The notes below the pieces were generated by a model that saw only the letters and a program-made list of their open reading frames with translations, was not told the origin of the DNA and did not search any database. Both the position numbers and the translations under genes were made by a program. A DNA stretch of 46,455 nt, taken from Octopus bimaculoides (taxonomy: Eukaryota). The stretch spans positions 134,534,191 to 134,580,645 of the forward strand of contig NC_068982.1 of NCBI RefSeq assembly GCF_001194135.2, written 5' to 3'. Shown here piece by piece: positions 11,743 through 23,700 of this stretch. The first letter of the stretch is position 1, and each line of letters starts with the position of its first letter.

Positions 11743-14700
11743 AGATAGTATCAAGCATGCTGAAACCAATAGCTGTACACAGTTATTCCATTTGGTAGGG
11801 TCAACTTAAGTTTCTAGAAAAATCTGAACTGATCATCTTTATAATATATTTGTCAGGGAGCCATGGTTATCTCAGGTGAAAAGGATATCTTCTCTGCTCT
11901 CTGCTCTCTCTCTCTCCCTCTCTCATTTCACTTATCCTATTCCTGTGCATTTGCTAACTCGATGCTCTCTGGTTATCAATGATGGCCTTTACAAGAGCAA
12001 CAACACACTTATAAATAAGAATTTGTTAAACTTGATCTGAAGCTAATATGATACAACAGCAAGTAGATCAGAAGCAGAAAAGAAGATTGATCTTACTTTT
12101 GACTTTGTTCATTATAGTTTTCCTTCAATACCGTGTGTTCCTCTGCCATCAATGCCAGTCTGAAATCGAAACGATAAAGAAGGACAATTTTCTTTAATAT
12201 TCTTTACATACTTGTATGGTAGGAATCATATTTTATTTAGAAGACAAGTTGAAATTTAGTATAACAAAATACGTTTGTGGTGCAATGAAGCTGCAATAAC
12301 AAAACACATTTTAGTTTTTAATTGTTTCAGTCATTGAACAGTGGCCATGCTGTGGCACCAGCTTGTAGGGTTTAGTCAAAGAAATTGACCCAAGTACTTA
12401 TTTTTAAGTTTGGGATTTATTCTGACAGTCTCTTATGCCAAACCACAAAATTGTGCCCATGACTTTTGCAGGCCATCCTAAACCTGTAATAAGAAAAGAT
12501 GAGTTGGAACAAAGACTGCAGATATTGGAGAAAAGGAGAAAGAAAAAGAAAAGAACCATCTAGATTTACTTCTGGTTTTTGGCTTTTTAGAAAAGATTAG
12601 AGAAAGGTGGTGTATTGAAAAGTCATGACAACCCCTGCTGGAGGCCTAAACCAATTACTTGCAGAGAAAATTCCACTGAAGACAGCTAAATGCCAAGTGG
12701 ATTATGACTGCATTATATCAGAAGAGTAAAATGGGTTTGAAAGAAGTTTGTCAGCAGAGAAGTCGTGTGTTGTAACTTTAGAAGAGCTGCTAACCATTCC
12801 TTTTGCAAAGAAAAGTAAAATGAAATACACACACCAAGATGAAAGTAAATGTTATATATTGTACTTAATAAAACAAGGCAAAACAAACATGGAGTTTCCA
12901 AAAAGTAGAACCAGAAAAAGAAAGAACATCTCACTTCTGTTTTTCAGCCAGTAAATTGTTATAATTTGTCTCAAGAGCAGTCATATTCTGTAGCTTTTCT
13001 TGATATTCTTCTGTTCTCTTTTCAAAAGTACGGAGCATATTACGGATGCTACAGTTCTGAAGATAAAATTTCAAAAGAATAAAGAGAATTAATCTAATAA
13101 AAACCAATGAGACTTCAAGTATAAATACTAAATAAATTTCGAGTGTTGTGTTGTCACCAGATGTTATCAAAAAGGTTTAATCAACCCCTATTCTTAACTT
13201 ACATTTTTTTTATTATTGAAAACACAGAAGAATAATTGACGAAAAGAAATACAATACTTGACTAAAATACTTATTTTACTGACCCAAGAGAAACAAAAGG
13301 CAAAAACCGGCCTTAGTGGGATTTGAACTCAGAAGAAAGTGATACAACTAGACACTTCTAGGCATGTTGCCTTCTGCTATTTAACAGATTCTGATAATCC
13401 ATCACAGTTTATAATTAGTCTTGTGTTTACAGCTGATATAACAACACCTTCATGGGTGGAAGTTTGAAACCATAACAGATGAAACATATTTGAAGTGGTC
13501 TTCTTACAACCATAAACTAAACCACGTCAGTGATAATTCTATGAAGATTTCACCAGTAGAAACTTACCTCTGCTTCTGCTTCTGCACGACGAGACCTGAA
13601 TTGACTTATGACACGATCAGCACGGACCACTGCTAATGTCTTAGCTTCCAAAAGGTCTTGTAGCTGTTGTTCTCTCATCTAAGGACAGAAACAAAGTATT
13701 CAATATTTACATTATTTTCACTGCTTATTAAAGAAGATGCCTTCTTTCTGGTGCTTGTTTTTTTCTTAAAGAAATCTAATTAAAACAATCATCATCATCA
13801 GCATCATCATTTAACGTCCGCTTTCCATGCTAGCATGGGTTGGACGATTTGACTGAGGACTGGTGAACTGGATGGCTACACCAGACTCCAATCTGATCTG
13901 GCAGAGTTTCTACAGCTGGATGCCCTTCCTAACGCCAACCACTCCGAGAGTGTAGTGGGTGCCAGTCAGGCGGTTCTGGCAATGGCCATGCTGGAATGGT
14001 GTTTTTTTATGTGCCACCTGCACAGGAGCGAGACTGCTGCTCTGGCAGTGATCCCGCTCGGATGGTGCTGTTAGTGCTCCACTGGCACGGGTGCCAGTCA
14101 ATAGTCATACCAATCCTTTCTATTATAGGCAAAAAGCCTGAAATTTTGAGGGAGGGGGGGGCTAGTCGATTACATTGACCCTTGTGTTCAACTTGTACTT
14201 ATTTTATCAACACCAAAAGGAGAAAGGCAAAGTTGACTGTGGCAGAATTAAATCTAATTAAATGTCATTAAACATTTTGTCTAGCATGACACCGATTCTG
14301 CCAGCTCACCATCTTGACAACAGTCGTAATAATAATTGTTTCTTACACACAAAACCCGATATTTAGGGAAGGCAGTGTTAAATGATTAAATCAACTCCAG
14401 CACTTGACCGTTACTTTATTTTATTGACCCTGGAAAGACAGAAGGCAAAGATGACCTCAAGAAGATTTCAGCAGAACACATAAAAGCATTGCAACTACAT
14501 AGTGTATAGCTTTACAGTGACATTGAATTTGGAATCACATGGTCGTGAAGTAAATTTTCTAACCACACAGACTGGGTGCTTTCCTGTACCCTAACAACAA
14601 TCTCATAATTCATCATCATCGTCATCATCATTTAATGTCTGTCTTCCATGCTGGTAGGGGTTGGATGGTTTGACAGGAGCTGATAAGTGGCACCAGGCTC

Positions 14701-17700
14701 CAGTCTGTTTTGGTTGGCTTCTTTAGCTGGAAGTCTTTCATAACATTAACACATAAAGTGCAACAGGCCATGATCATGGCTGTCAGGCCACGATCGTGGT
14801 CCAGATAGATGCATTTAATTTATGGGCGTTTGTTGAGGTCTAATGTCACTAAAACGCTCTGATACCCACCAGAATGCAAGAGGACTAATAGTTGAATTAA
14901 TGACTTTTCACCATTATATACTAAGATATTTTAACTATTTTTTGTTTTTATGTGTGCATGGGTAGTCTCATTTTCATAAAATGTGCCCAGCAGTCCATGC
15001 TATGTAAGTGCAAATCCCAGCACTTTATGGGTTAACCACTTTACAGAATGTAGTGGGTGCTTTTACATGGTACCAGCACAGGTGCTTTTTAAATGACATT
15101 GGTACAGGTACTTTTATGCAGTACCAGCACCAGTGCTTTTCATGGGGTACCGGCTTCAGTGTTTTTTCCTATTCTGTTTAAACAATTTAGTAAAAAGAGG
15201 GCTTTTTCGATACAAATTCAAGGTAACCAATCTTACCTGCATTGACTGCAGCTTGTGCTCATAAACATCTATCATTTCAGAAAGCTTCACATCTTTTACC
15301 TGGAAAAAGGAATAAATAGATAAAGAAATAAAGATACAAAAGTTTCAAATTGTAGGAAAAAAAAAAAATCTGTGGAATGACAATTTAAACTTTTGGCTTT
15401 GTGGTTGAAGAGATGAATAGAAGAGACAGTGATGACAGGCAAAGAGGCATAATACTATCTTGGTTAATACAGAATGTTTGGGATGAAAGGGTGGCAGAAG
15501 GGGGGAGAGAGAGAGTGTTTGTGTGTGTGTGTGTGTGTATGTGTGTGATGGATAGTAAAAGAAGGGGATAATATTTAATAGTGTATGGTAGATGACATAA
15601 TATAACAAACAGTATTGCTGAGCATTTTTACTATCTAAGGATCTTCTTGAGAAATTAAATTCGGAAAGGAATATATACCAACCTCTAAACCAGTTTGAAG
15701 TTTTTCAATCAAATCTTCAATGCTCTGTTCAGCAATTGATGCCGATTTTCCAGGAACTTTCTGACCAGCATGATTTGATGTTAAAATATTGTAAGAGTTG
15801 TGGATACTGCTATTCCATCCAAATGTAGAATTGTTCATTGTTTTATGATCTTGTTCACGGACAACGTTGTTTGCAGCCAAGGCATCACCCAACCTAAAAT
15901 AATGATTTGGAGTAATATTATTACTATTATTCAGTAGTTTTATTTTTATAACGTGCTTTCACTTCACTACCGAGGGCAGCTCTGTGTACCTTGGGTATGT
16001 GCTGTGGTTTGCTGTGATGCTCTTATGGTTACTGTATTGAAAGTGTTTTGCGTAGGATGTGTGCAGTGCCCAGTAGTGCAATTTTCTGTATGTTATATAT
16101 ATTTGTAAGTCCTGGTGTTTTTGTTATGTATTTGTCTGAACATTTATTATTATTATTATTAGTGTGTTGGGGCAGCATTTCTTTTGGCTCTTTACATTCT
16201 AAGTTCAAATATCAGCAAAGTCAACTTTACTTTTCATCCTTTCAGGGTTGAAAATATAAGTACCATGTTGTGGTGAGAGTCACTGACACCCCTGGGGGAT
16301 TGGAAGAATGGACTAGCCGAACTCTTATAAAGAGTAGCGTATTGGAGTAGGAGTTGTTGAGAGGGCGTTTTTTGCAGTACATTGTGTGAACACATTGATT
16401 TTACCTTTGCTTCGTTAAATTATATATCCAACATTTGTCTAGGATACAACAACAATACCAACAGCTACTGGAAGTAGTGTTGAAGAAGTCTGAAAATACT
16501 TCAGGTTCATTCTCATCAGACAGCATAGCAAACTCAATTGGAGAATTTATTTATAACCCAGAAGAAGGTACTACTTTTTCTGCATATTTTAGAAGATACA
16601 AAGAAATCTTCAAAGAGGAATGTAAAAATTGGAATGACAAGAAGAAGGTACAACTACTTTTAAGAAAGTTATCCCCTGCCAAACACGAAAAATACTGTAA
16701 TTATATTCTGTCGAAGAAATAGGTGAGAGTTGTTTTGATGAAACAATTAATTAGTTATTGAGAATTTTCAGAGAAAGAAGTTCCCCTTTCAATACTCATT
16801 CGCAGTGTTTAAATTTAGTTAAAAAAGATGATGAAGATTGCATCACCTATGCTGGAGTAATTAACAGAGTGTGAAAAATTCAAATTAAATAAATTAACTC
16901 CAGATTTGTTCAAATGTCTAATTTTTGTTCAAGAGTTAACTGCAAGAAAAGATGCTGATATACATTCCTGTATATTAACAAAATTAGAACAGGACCAAAA
17001 ATTAACTCTACAGGCAGTTGCTGAAGAATGCCAGAGGATTATAAATTTAAGACATGATGTGGATAAAACTGAAGAAAACGATTGCTTTCAGATACATGTA
17101 TGTTGACTTGAAATGGATAAGGAAAAATGAACGTCAAGACCAAATCCATGCTATGGGTGCAGAGGTTCACGTTTTAGAAGTAATTGTCCTTTTAAAAATC
17201 GTAATGTTTTGAGTGCGAAAAAATTGGACATAAAAGCTTGCATTGTACAGTGAAACAAAAAAAGGGTCAAACAAAAAATTCTNNNNNNNNNNNNNNNNNN
17301 NNNNNNNNNNNNNNNNNNNNNNNNNNNNNNNNNNNNNNNNNNNNNNNNNNNNNNNNNNNNNNNNNNNNNNNNNNNNNNNNNNNNNNNNNNNNNNNNNNNN
17401 NNNNNNNNNNNNNNNNNNNNNNNNNNNNNNNNNNNNNNNNNNNNNNNNNNNNNNNNNNNNNNNNNNNNNNNNNNNNNNNNNNNNNNNNNNNNNNNNNNNN
17501 NNNNNNNNNNNNNNNNNNNNNNNNNNNNNNNNNNNNNNNNNNNNNNNNNNNNNNNNNNNNNNNNNNNNNNNNNNNNNNNNNNNNNNNNNNNNNNNNNNNN
17601 NNNNNNNNNNNNNNNNNNNNNNNNNNNNNNNNNNNNNNNNNNNNNNNNNNNNNNNNNNNNNNNNNNNNNNNNNNNNNNNNNNNNNNNNNNNNNNNNNNNN

Positions 17701-20700
17701 NNNNNNNNNNNNNNNNNNNNNNNNNNNNNNNNNNNNNNNNNNNNNNNNNNNNNNNNNNNNNNNNNNNNNNNNNNNNNNNNNNNNNNNNNNNNNNNNNNNN
17801 NNNNNNNNNNNNNNNNNNNNNNNNNNNNNNNNNNNNNNNNNNNNNNNNNNNNNNNNNNNNNNNNNNNNNNNNNNNNNNNNNNNNNNNNNNNNNNNNNNNN
17901 NNNNNNNNNNNNNNNNNNNNNNNNNNNNNNNNNNNNNNNNNNNNNNNNNNNNNNNNNNNNNNNNNNNNNNNNNNNNNNNNNNNNNNNNNNNNNNNNNNNN
18001 NNNNNNNNNNNNNNNNNNNNNNNNNNNNNNNNNNNNNNNNNNNNNNNNNNNNNNNNNNNNNNNNNNNNNNNNNNNNNNNNNNNNNNNNNNNNNNNNNNNN
18101 NNNNNNNNNNNNNNNNNNNNNNNNNNNNNNNNNNNNNNNNNNNNNNNNNNNNNNTGAGTGATTGAGTGAGTGAGTGTTTGTATGTCTGTGTTTGACCTCC
18201 CCATCACTTGACAACCGATGCTGATGTGTTTACGTCCCCGTAACTTAGCGGTTCGACAAAAACGATCGATAGAATAAGTACTAGGCTTACAAAGAATAAG
18301 TCCTGGGGTCGATTTGTTTGACTAAAGGCGGTGCTCCAGCATGGCCACAGTCAAATGACTGAAACAAGTAAAAGAGTAAAAAGAGAGAGTAAAGGAGTAT
18401 GCACTGATTTTTTTAAAGGGATTAAACGAATGTTTGATGCCATATAATTACCTATTACCAAGTCTGGAGGAAATTTTCGTGAAATTGAATGGAGGAAAAT
18501 GTTTTTCAAAGTTGGACCTATCTGAAGCATATTTGGAGGTAAAAGTCATTGAGGAATGTTCAAAATTATTGACAATAAATACCTATAAAGGGTTGTCATA
18601 AATTTAATCGACTCCCCTTTAGTAGGTGCTGGTGCTACATACAATGTACCCTTGCAGGCACCACATGAAAAGCATCCATGCCGGTGCCATGTGGAAAGTA
18701 CCTGTACTGGTATCATGCAAAAGGCATCCACTACACTTTGTAAAGTGGTTGGTGTTGGGAAGAGCATCTAGTTTTAGAAACTATGCCAAAGCAGCAGATG
18801 ACTGGAGCTTGCTGCAGCCCTCCAGCTTGCCAGCTCCAGTCAAAATTTGTCCAGCATGGAAAACAAACATTAAATGATAATGATGGTCATGATGACGATA
18901 ATATATATATATATCACAACTTTTCCGGTTTGAAAAAACAGCTGAAACAAAACATTATTTATGTGCAGCCCATATTCTTCTTAAAAACAAACTAGCTACC
19001 TGTCATAGCTTTTTTTGGTACACTAAATCTGTTTACTAATTTATTGACAAAATATCCAAAAGATTTAGAAAACACACATTTTCAAAATGCTGAACATATG
19101 GTAACACACACACACACACACACACACATAGCACACCTCTGTTTGTGACCTCTATAGTTGGTTAGCTATATACCTGCTATCACAACTCAAAGATGACTCA
19201 TAATAATTTAACTCATTTTCAAACACGATAAAATATGAGACAGATTGGTTAGACAGACACAGAGGGAGAAAAAAGTATATATTACAAAAACCTGCCATTT
19301 ATTTCCTAACTGCCCACTCTTCTTTTTAACCATGTTATTAGAAGATCTACACTTCATGATTTTTTTAACACAATTTTAGCTAAATAAAAAGGAGAAAAAA
19401 AAATTAAACAAAAANNNNNNNNNNNNNNNNNNNNNNNNNNNNNNNNNNNNNNNNNNNNNNNNNNNNNNNNNNNNNNNNNNNNNNNNNNNNNNNNNNNNNN
19501 NNNNNNNNNNNNNNNNNNNNNNNNNNNNNNNNNNNNNNNNNNNNNNNNNNNNNNNNNNNNNNNNNNNNNNNNNNNNNNNNNNNNNNNNNNNNNNNNNNNN
19601 NNNNNNNNNNNNNNNNNNNNNNNNNNNNNNNNNNNNNNNNNNNNNNNNNNNNNNNNNNNNNNNNNNNNNNNNNNNNNNNNNNNNNNNNNNNNNNNNNNNN
19701 NNNNNNNNNNNNNNNNNNNNNNNNNNNNNNNNNNNNNNNNNNNNNNNNNNNNNNNNNNNNNNNNNNNNNCTATATATATATATATATATGAATATATACA
19801 CGTGTGTGTGTGTTTGTGTGTACACATATGTATACGTGTGTGTGTGTGTAAACATGCTAATAAAATTGCAGCCTACCAAAGGCGGCAACAGACAAACACC
19901 TTGATGGCAAGCCAAAAGTAGGTGGTGTCTAAGTCACCCAGACTTGTGCCAACGCAGAGGCTTAGGTGTCTCGCATGCATGCAGCATCAGTGCAGCTTTC
20001 TGTTTTAAAGCTGCTTTGGCAGAACAGATAATACAAGTAATTACTGAGGAATGCTGAAATCGGTAAAACATGATGACACTATTTAAGTGAGGCCAAACCG
20101 GCAGATAAAGGAGTGGAGAGAGTAGGGATGGTTTCTTATCTCATCATCATTTAACGTCCGTTTTCCATGCTGGTATGGGTTAGACGGTTTGACAGGAACT
20201 GGCTAGCTGAAGGGTTGCCCAGACTCCAGTCATCTGCTTTGGAATGGTCTCTATGGCTGGATGCCCTTCCTAATGCCAACCACTCTGAGAGTGTAGTGAG
20301 TACCTCTTATGTGCCACTGGCACAGGTGCTTTTTATGTGGCACTGAAATGGCAGCTTTTTACATGGCACCAGCACCTGCAAGCCTTCAAGACAGAGACCT
20401 CTTAGCTGACAGCAGGACATGCCAGTATGTATAGATGGCCACAGTTTTACTTAACTTGACATTTCTTCTTAAGCATAGCAAATCGCCAAAGGTCTGTCCC
20501 TTGCCATCTCCTCAGTGGGACCCAATGTCTGAACATTCTTTCTTACTGCTTGCATAATGCAATATTACTGAAATAAGAAAAAGTTAATAGGCACAGGTGT
20601 GGCTGTGGAGTTGAGAACCTTGCTTCTGAATCTTGTTGTCCTGGGTTAAAACCTACTGTACAGCACCTTGGGCAAGCATTTTCTAATGTAGCTCTTGTCC

Positions 20701-23700
20701 AAACAAATCTTCGAGTGGATTTGGTTGGGGGGAAACTGAAAGAAGCCTGTAGTGTGTATGTACGTATGTATATGTGTGTACATGTTTGTATTTGTGGCTA
20801 CACATCATGTGATGATTGTAAATGTGTGTCATCATCATACAAGTGAGGTTGTTTGTTTCCAGTCTTCTGTGATAAAACATGTCTGGTCATAAGGAAATAT
20901 TACCTTGCTTGGAAACAGGGGAAGGTTTGTGACAGGAAGGGCATCCAGCCATAGAAAAATCTTCCTCCACAAATTCCATTTGACCAATGCAAGCACCAGA
21001 AAGTGGATGATAAATGATGATGATAATGAATTCTATTTTGTATTTGTTTTATAAGTAGGAGCCTTCTTTTCCTGCTGTCTTGAGTATTGCAGGAGACTGT
21101 TGATTGAAATTAATTTTAGCAACATCGTTCACCACAGATTAATCTGTTCATCGGTGAGAATTTTTCCAGAGCATATTGCTTTTTCTTTATTTGAAGATAA
21201 TGTAATTCACACACATACACATCCTTATGCAGGCATTGTGTGTGTGCGCGTGCATGTACAAAAATATGTGTGTGTGTGTGCATAGATATGAGGTCGATGC
21301 CAGTGGCTCTTGACTTGTTCCTGTGCCAGTGGCACGTAAAAAGCACCCACTACACTCTCGGAGTCGTTGGCGTTAGGAAGGGCATCCAGCTGTAGAAACA
21401 TTGCCAGATCAGATTGAAACCAGGTCCAGCCTACTGGCTTGCTAGTCATCAGTTAAACCATCCAACCCATACCACTGTGGAAAGCAGATGTTAAATGATG
21501 ATGATGATGATGATGACGACGATGACGAGATATATAAAATCATCATCTAATGTCTACTTTTCCATGCTTGCATGTGTCGGATAGAATTTGTTGAAGCAGA
21601 TTTTCTTTAGCCAGATGCCCTTGCTGTTGCCAACCTTCACCCATTTCCAAGCAAAACAATATTCCCCATGATCAGACATGTTTTACATGGTAGACTGGAA
21701 ATGAACAACCTCACTTGTGAATCAGAAGTGGCTTGAGCTATATAAACAAAACTGAACACACCTACACAAGGTGTGTGTTGTTAGTTTAGGTGTAAAAGGT
21801 GTCAGGTGAAATTCTCTTATACCTAAAATGCAACTGGCTCATGAACAAATAACACACACACACACACACACATTGTGTTTATGAGCTCACCTGTATGACA
21901 ATGAAACTGATTTACAACCATCACATGATACCTAGAAAAGGGTCCACACAATCAAGTGTGTGTGTGTGTATAAATGTAGTTCTTACATTTATATGTAATT
22001 TCTGCGACTCCACTGTTTTCTTTCTTTCTCTCTATCCCTCTATATTTTCCGTTTCTCCCCCCACCCTTCTTTGCTGTCTTCTTTCTCTCACTCCCTACTA
22101 TCTTTCATTCCTTCTCCTCACTCCCTTTGTTTCTTTCCTTCATCCTCTCTCTTGTCCCCTTCCCCTCTGCCTGTTGCTCACATATGACTACATGCCATTT
22201 CTCTTGCCCCTGTCTTTTTTGGACAAGATGTCCACCGGACTGGATATTATTTCTCTTGCCTCCTGACATTTTTTCTCTCTTCTATTTATTCTATTTCCTT
22301 TAAAAATTTCTCCCAGGCGTTACCCATTACAATTTGTCTTGGCCTAACAGCCCTTAATGTTTGTCTTCGTCAACTGTTTACTTTGTACATCCATTCTGTT
22401 GTTGTTTGTTCATTTGAAGCCCTAACTCTCCACAAATTTTATATTTTTAAAATTTCTGGATGCTACTGTCTTATGAAGTTTTCCTACCTTGTCGTTAAAA
22501 ACATGAAATAAGGAGTAGTATATATATATATATCTGGCACGTAAAAAGACATTCGAGCGAGATCATTGCCAGTGCCGATGGACTGGCTCCTGTGCAGGTG
22601 GCACGTAAAATACACCATTTCGAGCGTGGCCGTCGCCAGTACCGCCTGATTGGCCCTCGTGCTGGTGGCACGTAAAACACCCACTACACTCTCGGAGTGG
22701 TTGGCATTAGGAAGGGCATCCAGCTATAGAAACTCTGCCAAATCAGATTGGAGCCTGGTGCAGCTATCTGGTTTGCCAGTTCTCAGTCAAATCGTCCAAC
22801 CCATGCTAGCATGGAAAGCGGACGTTAAACAACGATGATGATGATGATATATATAGTAGATTTATAAACCAGGCTAATTTAGCTACTTCTTTGTAGACTG
22901 AAAAAAAAAAATGATTAGCCTTAATTGATTCTCATCAGAGGAGGCGTCAACATCAATTTGACTAATCCCAGAGAAAAGCTGCCAATTTGCTTCTATACTC
23001 AACAATTTCAATAGCTACAAATTTTTTGCATACCATTAGTATTAACACTTTATCTAATATCAGGATCCTGACAATAGGGATCTCGGTCCACACCGTATAA
23101 AGGTATGATATAATACATGTAACCTTTATAGTAAGTCTATAAACAGGGCTAGCATGTATGCGTGTGTCTTTTTGTGTTTGTATTCAATCATTGCTGGATA
23201 ACTGGTGTTGGTTTGTTTATGTCTCTGTGACTTAGCAGTTTGGCAAAAGAGACCAACAGAACAAGTGCCACACTTAACAATTGGTACTAGGGTCAATTTT
23301 TTTGACTAAACCCTTCAAGGCAGAGCCCCAGTATTGCCACAGTCCAATGACTGAAACAAGTAAAAGATTAAAGATAACAAATAGTAGTTTGGATTGCTAG
23401 AAATAGCAGCCATATCACAAGCTTTGATCTAAAAAAATAGGACATTTTGGTTAATGTAGTCTTAGCTCACACTGTCTAACAAAAAAATGTGATAGAATCA
23501 GCTGGAAGTCATTTGATGATAGCTCTGCTTAATCAGGGATAAGTTTGGGGGTCAAACAACATCTATAAACCCAAATGTGTTACAGTACAGATGCCATGAG
23601 TATTCATCTTTACTCCTCATTTGAAAGCAATGAGATCTTTATAAACCCAGATCAAACATAAATATTGGTTTCGAATTTTGGCACAAGGCCAGCAATGTTG

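Noticed and set aside
11587-11769. SLSLSL ORF and similar low-complexity ORFs (1703-1958, 21895-22266, 35642-35848)
   Set aside because: Translations of microsatellite or purine/pyrimidine-biased DNA.
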